NCBI GenBank assembly: GCA_038321985.1
Contig: JBBQFN010000002.1
Span: forward strand, 288,001-352,000
Source of the DNA: Cyanophyceae cyanobacterium
GTDB lineage: Bacteria; Cyanobacteriota; Cyanobacteriia; Cyanobacteriales; Laspinemataceae
DNA length: 64,000 nt
Direction of reading: 5' to 3'
The translations under genes were made by a program, and so were the position numbers. Under the pieces are notes generated by a model. It ran no database searches, had not been told where the DNA came from, and saw only the letters and a program-made list of their open reading frames with translations. Below are positions 20,701 to 30,852 of the stretch, one piece after another (positions within the stretch are counted from its first letter, which is position 1; every line of letters starts with the position of its first letter).

Positions 20701-20853
20701 TGCGATCGCTTAATTGCCGCTATTAATGCGATCGCCTCGGAATTTGCCTGTATTCTCACCGTTACCCATATGCCCCAATTCCGAGAAGCATTTCAAGCCC
20801 GCATTGAAGTCAGCAAAAATCAGAATGGATCTCAACTCAGCTTGTCTGTTTAA
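17800..20853 (+). CDS. sbcC: SbcC (Rad50-like) exonuclease ATPase subunit
   Basis: Walker A GPNGAGKS, long coiled coil, zinc hook CPLC, signature YSGGE, Walker B LIVDEGFG. Confidence 0.95.
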   Translation: MIPLELSLKNFLSYREATLDFHGLHTACICGPNGAGKSSLLEALAWSLWGNSRAGTEDDIIHSGEMDARVDFTFQTNQQIYRVIRSRQRGQSSSLEFQVATTSEDLSRNQPENLEFRSLTEKGLRATQDKIIQHIKLDYETFTNSSYLRQGRADEFMLKRPSERKQVLATLLRLDHYDDLAEQAKDRSREAKGQVLLLEQSLASLQQRLQETMAIAQNLDQVEAQIAQGQGEVNSYRSQLQQFQQVQLQRQNWQQQIANHQDRDRQLKEDCDRTEQELKLNHRRCQELEALLKQESEIIAGYHQYQQLQAQEEVQASKFQSYQQAIQQRQQLQDQERKTLASLESQISSSQGELEYIRRQEADLVEILNKAPEVEAAIAKLQQARDRLTYLDDLHTRVKPLMTRHQTLQVELDRLRARLSARLEEIAGQIHRLEVEQDHSYVLEDSLGEVAIAIDALEKKRVYQQRVREKGLERRNFMERLMGQTSDYETQLAGVTQKIQMLQVPDALCPLCDRPLDEHHWDLVIEKQKAQEQEIINQIWVLKEQLATSDREIQILRQEYRELEEELKHYNALRERRGQLQAQIDATLASRDRLQHLTLEKQQLEQSLHTGSYAGELYSELQALEKSLQQLNYNDQDRSLALNEEKRWRWGEIKQGQIQQSQRQMTQLQGRKPELQQRLEQLQAALQAQQTNSPLQQQIALLDRHLQTIGYDPQEHNNLRGALRKAQLWLGRMEELKQAQQQYPQVEQRVTELTRQFEARSGDRASLRQQIQALHQQLQDIPDPSDRIKATEGQIQRLRSSLDSLLATKGRLQQQQQHLTALHSQSEEQRKQLQTSHRQERVYRELATAFGKNGIQALMIENVLPQLEGETNQILSRLSGNQLHVQFVTQRASRGRSKKATKLIDTLDILIADARGTRAYETYSGGEAFRINFAIRLALARLLAHRAGTSLQMLIVDEGFGTQDREGCDRLIAAINAIASEFACILTVTHMPQFREAFQARIEVSKNQNGSQLSLSV

Positions 20854-22043
20854 TCAGCAAATCCTGACAAATCCGGGTGCTTAACCTGATTCCCCAGGCA
20901 GTGGGTGACCTCTGTCTGTGGGATCTGCCTAGAGGCGATCGTATCCCTCCCCACTCTAACCTTAAAGTACCCATTTCAACGGAACAGGCGCAGGGACAGC
21001 CCTATCATTATAGCTAAATCTTTTATAGATAAAATTTGTCCAACCAGCCCATTATAAATAAGATATTCTTTGTCAAAGAAAGTAGGCTTTTTTGGCGTCA
21101 TAACATCGCTTAATCCAATCTTATATGTCCCTCTAATTCCTGGGCTTCCTCCTAAAATGCTTTATTTAAACTACTTTAATTTTATCCTTTATTTCTGGAT
21201 TTACTCTAAAATAATTGCCAAATAAAAGCGCGAGTGGCTGCAATTTCAATCGATCATACTTCTTCTAATAAGGAGTATGCTCTCAAGTGACAATAACCTT
21301 AAATTTAGAATGCTGATATGAAATTTCCGGTAGAGGTCTAGAATCTGAGCAAAAAATTATACAAGCGTTTGTAGAAAATGCTAGGAACAATATCAATTTA
21401 GTTAAAAAATGTTCTGTCTCAAATGATTATTTAATTTTTTGTAATCAAGCCCATAAACTCAAAGGTTCTAGCGCTAATATAGGTTTAACTACCCTCAAAA
21501 ACATTACCGCTTAATCTCAATATCAAAAGAAAACAGGAAAATTTAACCGATGTCGAGCTGGATATAGGAACCCTGGAGAAAATTATCAAATAACTAAATA
21601 ATTATCTTTCTAAAACATCACTCGTCTGTGATTGCTAACAATCCCTTAGATGATTTTTACCATTAATTCCAGCTTCAACCAATGACAATCCTCTCGAAAA
21701 ATTCCCTGCTACATCAGCATTTCTAAAACCTCTATTTAGCCTTAGATGATTCAGGGGAACAGAATCCCAATTTCTGGGCAAAAAACCCTTACCCCGCCAG
21801 GAAAGCATTTGCCACAAAACCCTATTACCTCCCCTTTGCAGTAGGAAAAATATAGTGCTGCAGCCTTAAGATTACTTCTTTTTTAGAGACTCTTATTGAT
21901 GCCAACCCTTCTTTTTTAAGCAGCACCCAAAAGTCTTGATGAAATTACAGAATCTTGATAAAGGTTAAAACTTTCTAACTTTTAATTCCAAAAATATTAT
22001 AAAGTAAATCTCCCAGAACACAAAGCTCGGGATGGGCCAGGAA

Positions 22044-22086
22044 TGTAACATAAGCTACATTGTTAGGACCAGAACCGGCCTAAATT
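22044..22086 (+). promoter_or_regulatory. NtcA-activated (class II) promoter
   Basis: TGTA-ACATAAGC-TACA, 22 nt after TAC, then TAAATT (TAN3T). Confidence 0.75.
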
Positions 22087-22274
22087 TAAAACAGTAGCCC
22101 CTTTTAAACTTGAGGAATTGATGATAATTTTTACAAAAGTTAAAATATCAGAGGATAAAATTAAATAATAATAGGAGACAAGAAACCCCGAGTTGTGTGT
22201 GGGGTAATGTCCCTAGCCACTTTAAGGAATTAAAACCTAAACGACCCACCATAAGTATGGGTGAGGTATTGTCC

Positions 22275-25049
22275 ATGTTAAATAGTTTTTTTTTGCTTCC
22301 CCGTGTTGTCCCTACTGTTTCCCTGAGTAAGACGTTGCAAAATACAAAGATAGAAGACCCCCAGAAACGTAGCGCCTTGCTGCGGAAAGTCATCGACCAA
22401 ATCTGGCACTCGCTGGATCTCAAAACGATCCTACAGACAGCGGTGGATGAGATTGCCGCTATGCTCAATTTAGATGCCTGTAGTTTCTTGTGGTACTTTG
22501 AGCGCACGGAACGGGTGCAAGTCGTCTGCAAACGGACCCGAAAGCAGGACTTCATGGGACCAGAGGGAACAAGTCAACTTTCAGAGGTGGGATATTATCC
22601 TTTAGATATCTTTGGAAACTCTGCCAGCGCGATCGCTCAAGGAAAAATGGTGATTGGTTGCGGTCCTCTCAACGAGTCGAGTACCTTTGGTGCGATGACG
22701 CGCCTGATCGCCAATTGTCCCGTAGCGCGTCCCCCCCAACTCTTAGACAAGAGCCCCGAAAATGACGACGGGGAAAGGGACGAAACTCAGGGAGGCTCCA
22801 CACCGGGAATTTTGGATGCGCTGACAAATTTATTAGTGCCGGTGAAAGGGGAGGAGGAATGGATCGGCTTTCTCGCCTGTCTCTCACAGCAACCCCGCAC
22901 TTGGTCTACCGCAGAAGTAGAATTTGTGCAACTCATCGCTCAACAGTTAGAAATCGCTATTCGGCAGGCCCAACTTTATGATCGCGTTCAAAAACAAGCA
23001 CAAAGAGAGAGATTAGTCAACCAGATCGTCAGTCAAACTCGGCAGAGTTTTGACCTCAAAACTATATTAACTCAGGCGATCGCCCAACTGTTAGAAGCCT
23101 TAGAGGTCGATCGCTGCTTAATCCACCTCGTCGAAGATCGGGAAGACGGGGTAACGAGCGATCGTCACAGCGAAGCCAATTTCTGGAATGCCGCTAATGA
23201 TGTAGCATTCCGCCGAGAGCATTTGTTTGAAGTCTGTCGCGACCCCTTTTCCTCCTCTGTCGATGACTTTGATACCCACGGACCTATCACCCAATGGACG
23301 ATCGCCCATCGAGAAGAAGTTGTCATCTCCGATGTCAGCGAAGATCCGCGCATCGGTAAACAAAATGAAGAATACGACAAAGCCGAGATTAAATCCTCGA
23401 TGGTATTGCCCGTCCAGGCGAATGGTAAACTCCATGCCATCTTGTATATTAATCAATGTGCCCGAGTCCGGCAGTGGTCCAAACATGACCGCGAACTCGC
23501 CCGCGCCGTCGCCGATCAACTAGCGATTTCCATCCAACAAGCCTGCTTATATGCCCAAAAAAGCGCCACAATGGAGCGAGAATCTCTCTTGCGCTTAATT
23601 GGGGAACATATCCGCCGCACTTTGGATATTAACACGATCCTCCAAACCAGTGCGCGGGAAGTGCGGCAATTATTGGGGGCTGATCGCGTTGCTATCTATC
23701 AGTTTAACAAAGAAACTGCCGGAAAAATCGTTGTAGAAGAAAGTACCCAAAAAATCTGTCTGCGCGAAGCCGTCAAAGAACATGATTGCTTTTACCAGGA
23801 ATGTGCCGAACAATTGCAAGAGGGGAAACAGCCATCAGTTCGAGCTATTGAAGATCTGTATAAAACCCACTGCAACAACGAACATCTCGCCTGTTGGCAA
23901 CATTTACAAGTCCGTGCGAGTTTGAGCGTCCCGATTTCTCGGGGGAGCAAAGTGTGGGGACTACTCATTGTCCATGAATGCCATAAACCGAGAGGATGGC
24001 GGACGAACGAAATCGAACTCTTGCAGCAACTTGCCGATCAGTTGGCGATCGCCATCCATCAAGCAGAATTATATGATCGCGCCTGTGCCAATGCGATCGC
24101 CGCCGAAACCAAAGCAGCGGAATTAGAGCAAGCTTTACGACAACTCCAGGAAACCCAAGCGCAACTGATTCAAAGCGAAAAAATGTCCAGCTTGGGTCAA
24201 TTAGTCGCCGGAGTCGCCCACGAAATCAACAATCCTGTTAACTTTATTTATGGAAACCTCTCCCATGTGGATGGGTATGCTCAAGATCTATTGCAATTGC
24301 TAGAAGCCTATCAAAAATATTATCCGGAACCTGTGCCCGAACTCGAAGAAGTTACCGAAGAAATTGACCTCGATTTTCTGCGAGAAGATATGCAGAAAGT
24401 GCTCAATTCAATGAAAATCGGCGCGGATCGCATCCGAGAAATTGTCTTGTCCTTGCGTAATTTTTCACGCCTAGACCAAGCTGAAATGAAATTTGCTAAC
24501 CTTCATGAAGGGATTGATAACACCTTGATGATTCTCCAAAACCGCTTGAGAGCAAAAGCGGGACATTTAGGGATAGAATTGGTCAAAGACTATGACAAAC
24601 TCCCCCGAGTTGAGTGTTATCCCGGACAACTCAATCAGGTATTGATGAATATTATCAGCAATGGAATTGATGCCTTAGAGAGTTATAACGAAAGCCGCAG
24701 CCTCGAAGAAACTCGCCAAAACCCCAGCCGGATTACCATTCGTACCGAGTGGGTGAAAAAACAGGGACATAATGACAAGATTATAATTGCGATCGGCGAT
24801 AACGGACCGGGAATTCCACATCCTATCAAAGCGCGATTATTCGACCCATTTTTCACCACCAAAGCAGTCGGGAAAGGCACTGGATTGGGACTGTCGATTA
24901 GCTATCAAATCATCGTAGAAAAACATAAAGGGACGATTAACTGTATTTCTGAACCGGGAGGGGGAGCAGAATTTGTGATTGAAATTCCTGTCCGTCAATC
25001 AGAGAATACCATTGTTTCTAAACCCCAACTCATGGCAGTAGGTTCTTAG
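22275..25049 (+). CDS. Multi-GAF (three GAF) sensor histidine kinase
   Basis: Three GAF blocks; H-box SEKMSSLGQLVAGVAHEINNP; NIISNGIDA, DNGPGI, FDPFFTTK, GTGLGL; ATG 22275 has a GAGG RBS (ORF open from 22197). Confidence 0.9.
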   Translation: MLNSFFLLPRVVPTVSLSKTLQNTKIEDPQKRSALLRKVIDQIWHSLDLKTILQTAVDEIAAMLNLDACSFLWYFERTERVQVVCKRTRKQDFMGPEGTSQLSEVGYYPLDIFGNSASAIAQGKMVIGCGPLNESSTFGAMTRLIANCPVARPPQLLDKSPENDDGERDETQGGSTPGILDALTNLLVPVKGEEEWIGFLACLSQQPRTWSTAEVEFVQLIAQQLEIAIRQAQLYDRVQKQAQRERLVNQIVSQTRQSFDLKTILTQAIAQLLEALEVDRCLIHLVEDREDGVTSDRHSEANFWNAANDVAFRREHLFEVCRDPFSSSVDDFDTHGPITQWTIAHREEVVISDVSEDPRIGKQNEEYDKAEIKSSMVLPVQANGKLHAILYINQCARVRQWSKHDRELARAVADQLAISIQQACLYAQKSATMERESLLRLIGEHIRRTLDINTILQTSAREVRQLLGADRVAIYQFNKETAGKIVVEESTQKICLREAVKEHDCFYQECAEQLQEGKQPSVRAIEDLYKTHCNNEHLACWQHLQVRASLSVPISRGSKVWGLLIVHECHKPRGWRTNEIELLQQLADQLAIAIHQAELYDRACANAIAAETKAAELEQALRQLQETQAQLIQSEKMSSLGQLVAGVAHEINNPVNFIYGNLSHVDGYAQDLLQLLEAYQKYYPEPVPELEEVTEEIDLDFLREDMQKVLNSMKIGADRIREIVLSLRNFSRLDQAEMKFANLHEGIDNTLMILQNRLRAKAGHLGIELVKDYDKLPRVECYPGQLNQVLMNIISNGIDALESYNESRSLEETRQNPSRITIRTEWVKKQGHNDKIIIAIGDNGPGIPHPIKARLFDPFFTTKAVGKGTGLGLSISYQIIVEKHKGTINCISEPGGGAEFVIEIPVRQSENTIVSKPQLMAVGS

Positions 25050-25082
25050 GGAGACAAACCTCTGAACCCGTCCCCCGAACAA

Positions 25083-25151
25083 AGAAATCGGCTTTCTGCG
25101 ACAGACAATTTTTGCGAATTGTCCGAAATTCAGGCAAGAAAGCCGGTTTCT
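25083..25151. repeat. 69-bp inverted-repeat element of the AGAAANCNGNTTTCT type
   Basis: AGAAATCGGCTTTCT ... AGAAAGCCGGTTTCT (14/15 inverted match) with a central GACAATT/AATTGTC hairpin; related motif at 54893. Confidence 0.6.
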
Positions 25152-25194
25152 AATAATCGTGAAAATTAACCCGACTCATTGCGGAGTTTCTGAC

Positions 25195-25930
25195 CCAGGA
25201 CTGGCGATCGCCGTAACTCCTGATCAATAATAAGGATGGGATAGGCTGAAATTACTCAAAGGGGATAATTCGGGAGCAAGCTGTACTGTTCCCAGTGTAT
25301 TGAGTAATTGACCCTTTTCAATGCGGATATTGTAAGAATTTAGATTCTTGTTGATTCAAGAAATTTTTTGGGGTAAACTGTTGATTGAGGAAGGATTTAT
25401 CGGGCTTAATTTCAGAGGCGATCGCCTCTAGTTCTAAGGGGACTCGGGGTAAGGCTTTAGGGTGGATGAATTCTGAGGTTCCCCTTGCCAAAACTTCGAC
25501 ATTCGATAAATGGGCTGATCTCGTTACCGCCATGCTAAATGGTAACCACTCCACCATTCCCGCTTAGGAGATACTGGCGGGGTTGGTTTACAGATTCGTA
25601 AAAACTCCCGTGGCGCGGAAAAAGCGTCCGGTGGTAATATCAACAAAACTGCCTTGGGTTGCACCTCTCGATATTGATCTAAGTGACTTGGATCAACACC
25701 AAGGTCTCAAGGGTAACATTTCTCCCGACATCGGATGTACCACTGGAATTAATTTCTCCAACAGTAATTTGAGTGGAGGCATTGACAAAGATTTCACCCG
25801 TTGCCGAAGGGTACTAAGTGAGTATGACTTGGCATTAGGGAAAATTATAAGACCCCAGAACTAAACAATGGTGTCCCTGGGAATATCAAATTCAGCATCT
25901 GCTACCTCAGCAGATGCTTAAGCAATACTT
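25195..25930 (-). pseudogene. Decayed filamentous-haemagglutinin-like/CHAT-domain gene remnant
   Basis: Minus-strand fragments GEIFVNASTQITVGEINSSG..VDITTGRFFRATGVFT..NGGVVTI*HGGN, LPRVPLELEAIASEI..SFLNQQFT and CHAT C-terminus LSHPYY*SGVTAIASP, with stops and frameshifts. Confidence 0.8.
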
Positions 25931-26319
25931 TCTCCTGTTGCTTGACCTAACGCCGTGAGACGGGGCGGATGAAATTATACACTATATGTAAAAAAATTAA
26001 TACTTTATATCACGGCATATGGGGGTTAATTTAGGTATTTGGGTCAGTTCTATCCCCCGAAGTCCCAAACCCATTTTATATAATTTTAACTTATTATAGT
26101 TATTCAGAATTGCGTCTTTACTTATAAAAGAGGTTAGTCTATGATAAATGGCAACAACCTAAAGAAAACTCTATGAACCAGTTAATTCGGAGCATTTTCA
26201 GCGATTACTTTGCACTGTTGATTATTTTATTTTCTCGGAGAACTCTCTTTGCTCCCCGTCTTGATTAAGAAAAATTATCTTACTGATTCAATCCCTTTTA
26301 TCCATTGGAGGAAACTACT

Positions 26320-27669
26320 ATGAGTCAACTTTCACGACGTAGATTTTTATTCACCTTAAGCGCTAGTGCCGCCGGTTCTGTGTTGCTAAAAGGTTGTTTA
26401 GGTAATCCCCCAGAACCGACAAACAGTAGTAGTTCTACCCCCACTGTTGCTCCAGTTAGTTTGAGTCCAGAAACTACCCCAGAAACAAACACAATTAAGC
26501 TGGGTTATCTGCCAATTGTGGAAGCGGCAGCCATGATTATTGCCAAAGAAAAAGGCTTTTTTGCTAAATATGGCATGACGGATGTGGATGTTTCTAAACA
26601 AGCCAGTTGGGGAGCGGCCAGAGATAATATAGAAATTGGTTCTGCTGGGGGTGGAATTGATGGGGGACAGTGGCAAATGCCCATGCCTTACTTAATTTCT
26701 GAAGGATTAATTACTAAAAACAATGTCAAATTGCCGATGTATGTCCTGGCTCAACTGAATACTCAAGGGAATGGAATTGCGATCGCTAATATTCATAAAG
26801 GCCAAAATATTGGCTTGGATTTAAAACCTGCCAGAGACTATATTGTGGGTTTAAGCGATACCGGAACTCCGTTTACATTAGCCTATACCTTCCCCAAAGT
26901 AAACCAAGATTTTTGGGTGAGATATTGGTTAGCAGCAGGAGGAATTGATCCAGATAATGATGTGAGCTTAATTACAGTTCCGGCGGCTCAAACCGTTGCC
27001 AACATGAAAACCGGGACAATGGATGGGTTCAGTACCGGGGACCCATGGCCCGATCGGATTGCCAAAGATGGGATTGGTTTTCTTGCGGCATTAACCGCTG
27101 ATATTTGGCCTTGTCATCCAGAAGAATATTTGGCAATTCGGGCTGATTGGGTCGATAAAAATCCCAAGGCGACCAAAGCACTATTAAAAGGATTAATGGA
27201 AGCTCAACAATGGTGCGATCGGCAAGAAAATCATGGGGAACTAGCATCAATTTTATCAACCGCCAATTACTTCAATGTTCCGGCCTCAGTTATAGAAGGT
27301 GCTTTCTCAGGAAACTATAAATTAGGAGATAACTTAGCACCGATTAGTGATCGGACAAAAGCCACCTTATATTGGAAGGATGAAAAAGGAAGTGTTTCCT
27401 ATCCATACAAGAGTCACGATTTATGGTTTTTAACCGAAAGTGTCCGTTGGGGTTTCTTGCCACCCGAAACTTTAACCAATGCTAAACAATTAATCGATCA
27501 AGTTAATCGAGAAGATATTTGGAAAGAAGCCGCCAGAGAAGCAGGAATATCCGAATCCGATATTCCCACCAGCACATCGAGAGGGGTTGAAAGATTTTTT
27601 GATGGTAAGGTTTTTGATCCGGGGAATCCCCAGGCTTATTTAGATAGTCTGGTCATCAAAAAAGTTTAA
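26320..27669 (+). CDS. cmpA: Bicarbonate ABC transporter (BCT1) substrate-binding lipoprotein CmpA
   Basis: SRRRFL Tat-like leader, [33 protein letters not shown] are CmpA-type rather than NrtA-type motifs. Confidence 0.9.
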   Translation: MSQLSRRRFLFTLSASAAGSVLLKGCLGNPPEPTNSSSSTPTVAPVSLSPETTPETNTIKLGYLPIVEAAAMIIAKEKGFFAKYGMTDVDVSKQASWGAARDNIEIGSAGGGIDGGQWQMPMPYLISEGLITKNNVKLPMYVLAQLNTQGNGIAIANIHKGQNIGLDLKPARDYIVGLSDTGTPFTLAYTFPKVNQDFWVRYWLAAGGIDPDNDVSLITVPAAQTVANMKTGTMDGFSTGDPWPDRIAKDGIGFLAALTADIWPCHPEEYLAIRADWVDKNPKATKALLKGLMEAQQWCDRQENHGELASILSTANYFNVPASVIEGAFSGNYKLGDNLAPISDRTKATLYWKDEKGSVSYPYKSHDLWFLTESVRWGFLPPETLTNAKQLIDQVNREDIWKEAAREAGISESDIPTSTSRGVERFFDGKVFDPGNPQAYLDSLVIKKV

Positions 27670-27825
27670 GGCAAGCATCCATCTGTGAGAGATCGGGTTT
27701 GAACTTTTAGGGGGAGAGTCGTCATATTTGAAACTTTCCACCGACCGATCATAAATACAGACTGCTGATACCTTAATACTGACTACTGTTTAGTTCATTA
27801 ATTCAGGAAAATAAGAGGCATAATC

Positions 27826-28662
27826 ATGGCAAATATCGTCAGAGGCAAGCGGCTAAAAACGGGAAATCCTATCCTGGATTTTTGGAATAAAAACTCCCCC
27901 AATATTCTCCCACCTTTAATGGGATTTCTGGGATTTTTAATTATTTGGCAAATGGTGTCCATGATTGGTTTAATCAAACTGCCCCCTCCATCGGATATCA
28001 TTACCAATGAACGAACTCGGATTTATTTAATGTATCCTTGGTTTGACCGGGGTGGACTGGATAAAGGATTATTCTGGCAGACTTTGGAAAGTCTAAAACG
28101 GGTTTTAATTGGTTATTCTATGGCGGCAATTGTGGGCATTGGCACTGGGATTTTGGTTGGCTTAAATCCGGTTCTCAATAAAGCTCTCGATCCTTTGTTT
28201 CAATTCCTGCGAACAGTGCCACCCCTGGCCTGGGTTCCCCTTTCTCTGGCGGCTTTGCAACAAAACCAACCGGCGGCTTTATTCGTCATTTTTATTACCT
28301 CTGTTTGGCCAATTTTAATTAACACTACTGTCGGAGTCCAACAAATTCCCCAGGATTACCTTAACGTTCGTCAAGTCTTACAACTCTCTTCCCAAAAGTT
28401 CTTTTTCAAGATTTTGATTCCGTCAGCTTTGCCCTACATTTTTACCGGATTACGAATTGCGATCGGTCTAGCTTGGTTAGCGATTATTGCTGCTGAAATT
28501 GTCATGTCAGGGATTGTGGGAATTGGCTTCTTCATCTGGGACGCCTACCAAAATAACTACATTTCTGACATTATTTTGGCTCTGGTTTATATCGGTGCAG
28601 TGGGCTTAATGCTTGACCGCTTTATGGGATGGTTACAAACCGTGATCGCCCCAGGGGAATAA
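27826..28662 (+). CDS. cmpB: Bicarbonate ABC transporter permease CmpB
   Basis: FQFLRTVPPLAWVP, PYIFTGLRIAIGLAWLAIIAAEIVMSGIVGIGFFIWDAYQ. Confidence 0.88.
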   Translation: MANIVRGKRLKTGNPILDFWNKNSPNILPPLMGFLGFLIIWQMVSMIGLIKLPPPSDIITNERTRIYLMYPWFDRGGLDKGLFWQTLESLKRVLIGYSMAAIVGIGTGILVGLNPVLNKALDPLFQFLRTVPPLAWVPLSLAALQQNQPAALFVIFITSVWPILINTTVGVQQIPQDYLNVRQVLQLSSQKFFFKILIPSALPYIFTGLRIAIGLAWLAIIAAEIVMSGIVGIGFFIWDAYQNNYISDIILALVYIGAVGLMLDRFMGWLQTVIAPGE

Positions 28663-28749
28663 TCCTGAATCCATCCTGTTGTCTGGGTTTGGTCAACCTA
28701 AATCCAAACCCAACTACATTTCAATAATCCAAGAAAAATTAATGAGGGA

Positions 28750-30762
28750 ATGAATATGAGCGTCTTTGTGGCAGTAGATCAAATTGATAAGGTGTTTGAG
28801 TTAAGCAATGGCGGAGAATATATTGCGCTTAAAGGCATCAATTTACAGATTAAAAAAGGTGAATTTGTCTCTTTAATTGGTCACTCGGGTTGTGGAAAAT
28901 CAACCCTGTTAAATATGATTGCGGGATTGGATTTACCCAGTGATGGAGTGGTTGCCCTAGAAGGACAACGGATTCAAAAACCAGGACCCGATCGCATGGT
29001 TGTTTTCCAAAATTATTCCCTTTTACCTTGGTTAAGCGTCCGGCAAAATATTGCCCTCGCTGTCAATGAAGTGATGGCAGGATTGCCCGAAGGCGAAAGA
29101 AACCAAATTATTGAAGAACACATTGATTTAGTTGGATTACGTCATGCGGTAGATAAATTACCCAAAGAATTATCCGGTGGGATGAAACAACGAGTTGCGA
29201 TCGCCCGTGCCCTAGCCATCCGTCCCAAATTGTTACTATTAGATGAGCCTTTTGGGGCATTAGATGCCTTAACTCGCGGCAATCTCCAGGAGCAACTCAT
29301 GCGAATTTGTGAAGAATATCAGGTGACATCGGTGATGGTGACTCACGATGTGGATGAAGCAGTATTACTGTCCGATCGCATCGTCATGTTAACCAACGGA
29401 CCTAGCTCCAAGATCGGTGGAATTTTAGAAGTGGATATTCCCCGTCCTCGGAAACGCATGGAAGTGGTGAATCACCCCAGCTATTATATTTTAAGAAGTG
29501 AAATTATCTACTTCTTAAATCAACAAAAACGAGTCAAAAAACTACGGGCTCGGAAAGTTGATGTAATTTCTCGTCATGGCTTAGAAAAAATCAACTTGGA
29601 GATTGGTTTTGTTCCCCTCACCGCTTGCGCTCCTCTCGTGGTTGCCCAAGAAAAAGGTTTCTTTGTCAAACATGGATTAGATGAAGTTAATCTAGTTCGA
29701 GAAACCAGTTGGCGTGGTATCGTTGATGGTATTGCAGAAAACTATTTAGATGCGGCGCAAATGCCTGCCGGAATGCCGATCTGGTTCACCACTGCGGGTA
29801 ATAAAGATATCCCCTTGCCGGTAGTAACCGCTTTAACTATGACTCGGAATGGCAATGGTATCACCTTGGCTAAAAAATTCTATAATCAAGGAATTCAAAC
29901 GGCCAAAGATTTAAAAGAAGCCATTCTTAAAAATAGCGATGAAAAACATCGTTTGGGTATGGTTCATCCCTCTTCAATGCACAATATTTTATTGAGATAT
30001 TGGTTAGCTGCTGGAGGAATTAATCCGGATCAAGACGTGGAATTAAAAACAATTCCCCCGGCTCAAATGATTGTTGATTTAAAAGGTAATACCATTGACG
30101 GATATTGTGTCGGAGAACCTTGGAATTTCCGGGCAGCTATGGAAGGAGTTGGCTTTACGGTAGCCACTGATTTAGAAATTTGGCAAGGACATCCCGGTAA
30201 AGTTTTAGGAGTCCGAGAAGATTGGGCGAATAAATATCCGAATACCCACATTGCTTTGGTCAAAGCTCTATTAGAATCTTGTGCTTATTGTGCGGATGAG
30301 AATAACCATCTAGAAATTCGCAAATTGTTAGCCACTCGCAAATATTTAAGTACCGATATTGACTACATTCATTTAGGCAATCCTAATGAGATAAGTTGCA
30401 GTTTGGATCATCCCATGCGAGAATATGCTCATCATGAATTTTTTGGGGAAGGAATTAACCGTCCAATTCGGACAGAACACCTGTGGATGATGACCCAAAT
30501 GGCTCGTTGGGGTGATATTCCTTTTCCTCGTAATTGGGTGGAAATTTTAGAGCGGGTTTGTCGAGTGAATGTATTCAGCACGGCGGCTCGTGAGTTAGGG
30601 ATTGATATTGAATACCAACGCACAGGAATTAACCTTTTCGATGGAGTAAAATTTAATGATGAAAAACCGATTGAATATCTGAATAAACTACAAATAAAAC
30701 GCAATATTACGATGGCAGAAATTATTCTCGATACCCGAGAAAGAGATCCGCTTTCAGCTTGA
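28750..30762 (+). CDS. cmpC: Bicarbonate ABC transporter ATP-binding/regulatory subunit CmpC
   Basis: GHSGCGKST, LSGGMKQ, LLLDEPFGALD plus a C-terminal NrtA/CmpA-like domain. Confidence 0.88.
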   Translation: MNMSVFVAVDQIDKVFELSNGGEYIALKGINLQIKKGEFVSLIGHSGCGKSTLLNMIAGLDLPSDGVVALEGQRIQKPGPDRMVVFQNYSLLPWLSVRQNIALAVNEVMAGLPEGERNQIIEEHIDLVGLRHAVDKLPKELSGGMKQRVAIARALAIRPKLLLLDEPFGALDALTRGNLQEQLMRICEEYQVTSVMVTHDVDEAVLLSDRIVMLTNGPSSKIGGILEVDIPRPRKRMEVVNHPSYYILRSEIIYFLNQQKRVKKLRARKVDVISRHGLEKINLEIGFVPLTACAPLVVAQEKGFFVKHGLDEVNLVRETSWRGIVDGIAENYLDAAQMPAGMPIWFTTAGNKDIPLPVVTALTMTRNGNGITLAKKFYNQGIQTAKDLKEAILKNSDEKHRLGMVHPSSMHNILLRYWLAAGGINPDQDVELKTIPPAQMIVDLKGNTIDGYCVGEPWNFRAAMEGVGFTVATDLEIWQGHPGKVLGVREDWANKYPNTHIALVKALLESCAYCADENNHLEIRKLLATRKYLSTDIDYIHLGNPNEISCSLDHPMREYAHHEFFGEGINRPIRTEHLWMMTQMARWGDIPFPRNWVEILERVCRVNVFSTAARELGIDIEYQRTGINLFDGVKFNDEKPIEYLNKLQIKRNITMAEIILDTRERDPLSA

Positions 30763-30852
30763 TGGTCGGCAGATGCCTCATTATCAAGTTTAATGAGGCT
30801 CTGCCGTTCTGTATCTCTCAATGACTCATTTGTAAAATAGGAGAAATTAGCC

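Noticed and set aside
17800..20853. sbcC without an adjacent sbcD as a possible defence SMC system
   Set aside because: Standard SbcC motifs, no accessory defence genes nearby, and unlinked sbcC/sbcD is common in cyanobacteria
25583..25864. Plus-strand 93-aa ORF
   Set aside because: Shadow of the minus-strand FHA/CHAT pseudogene
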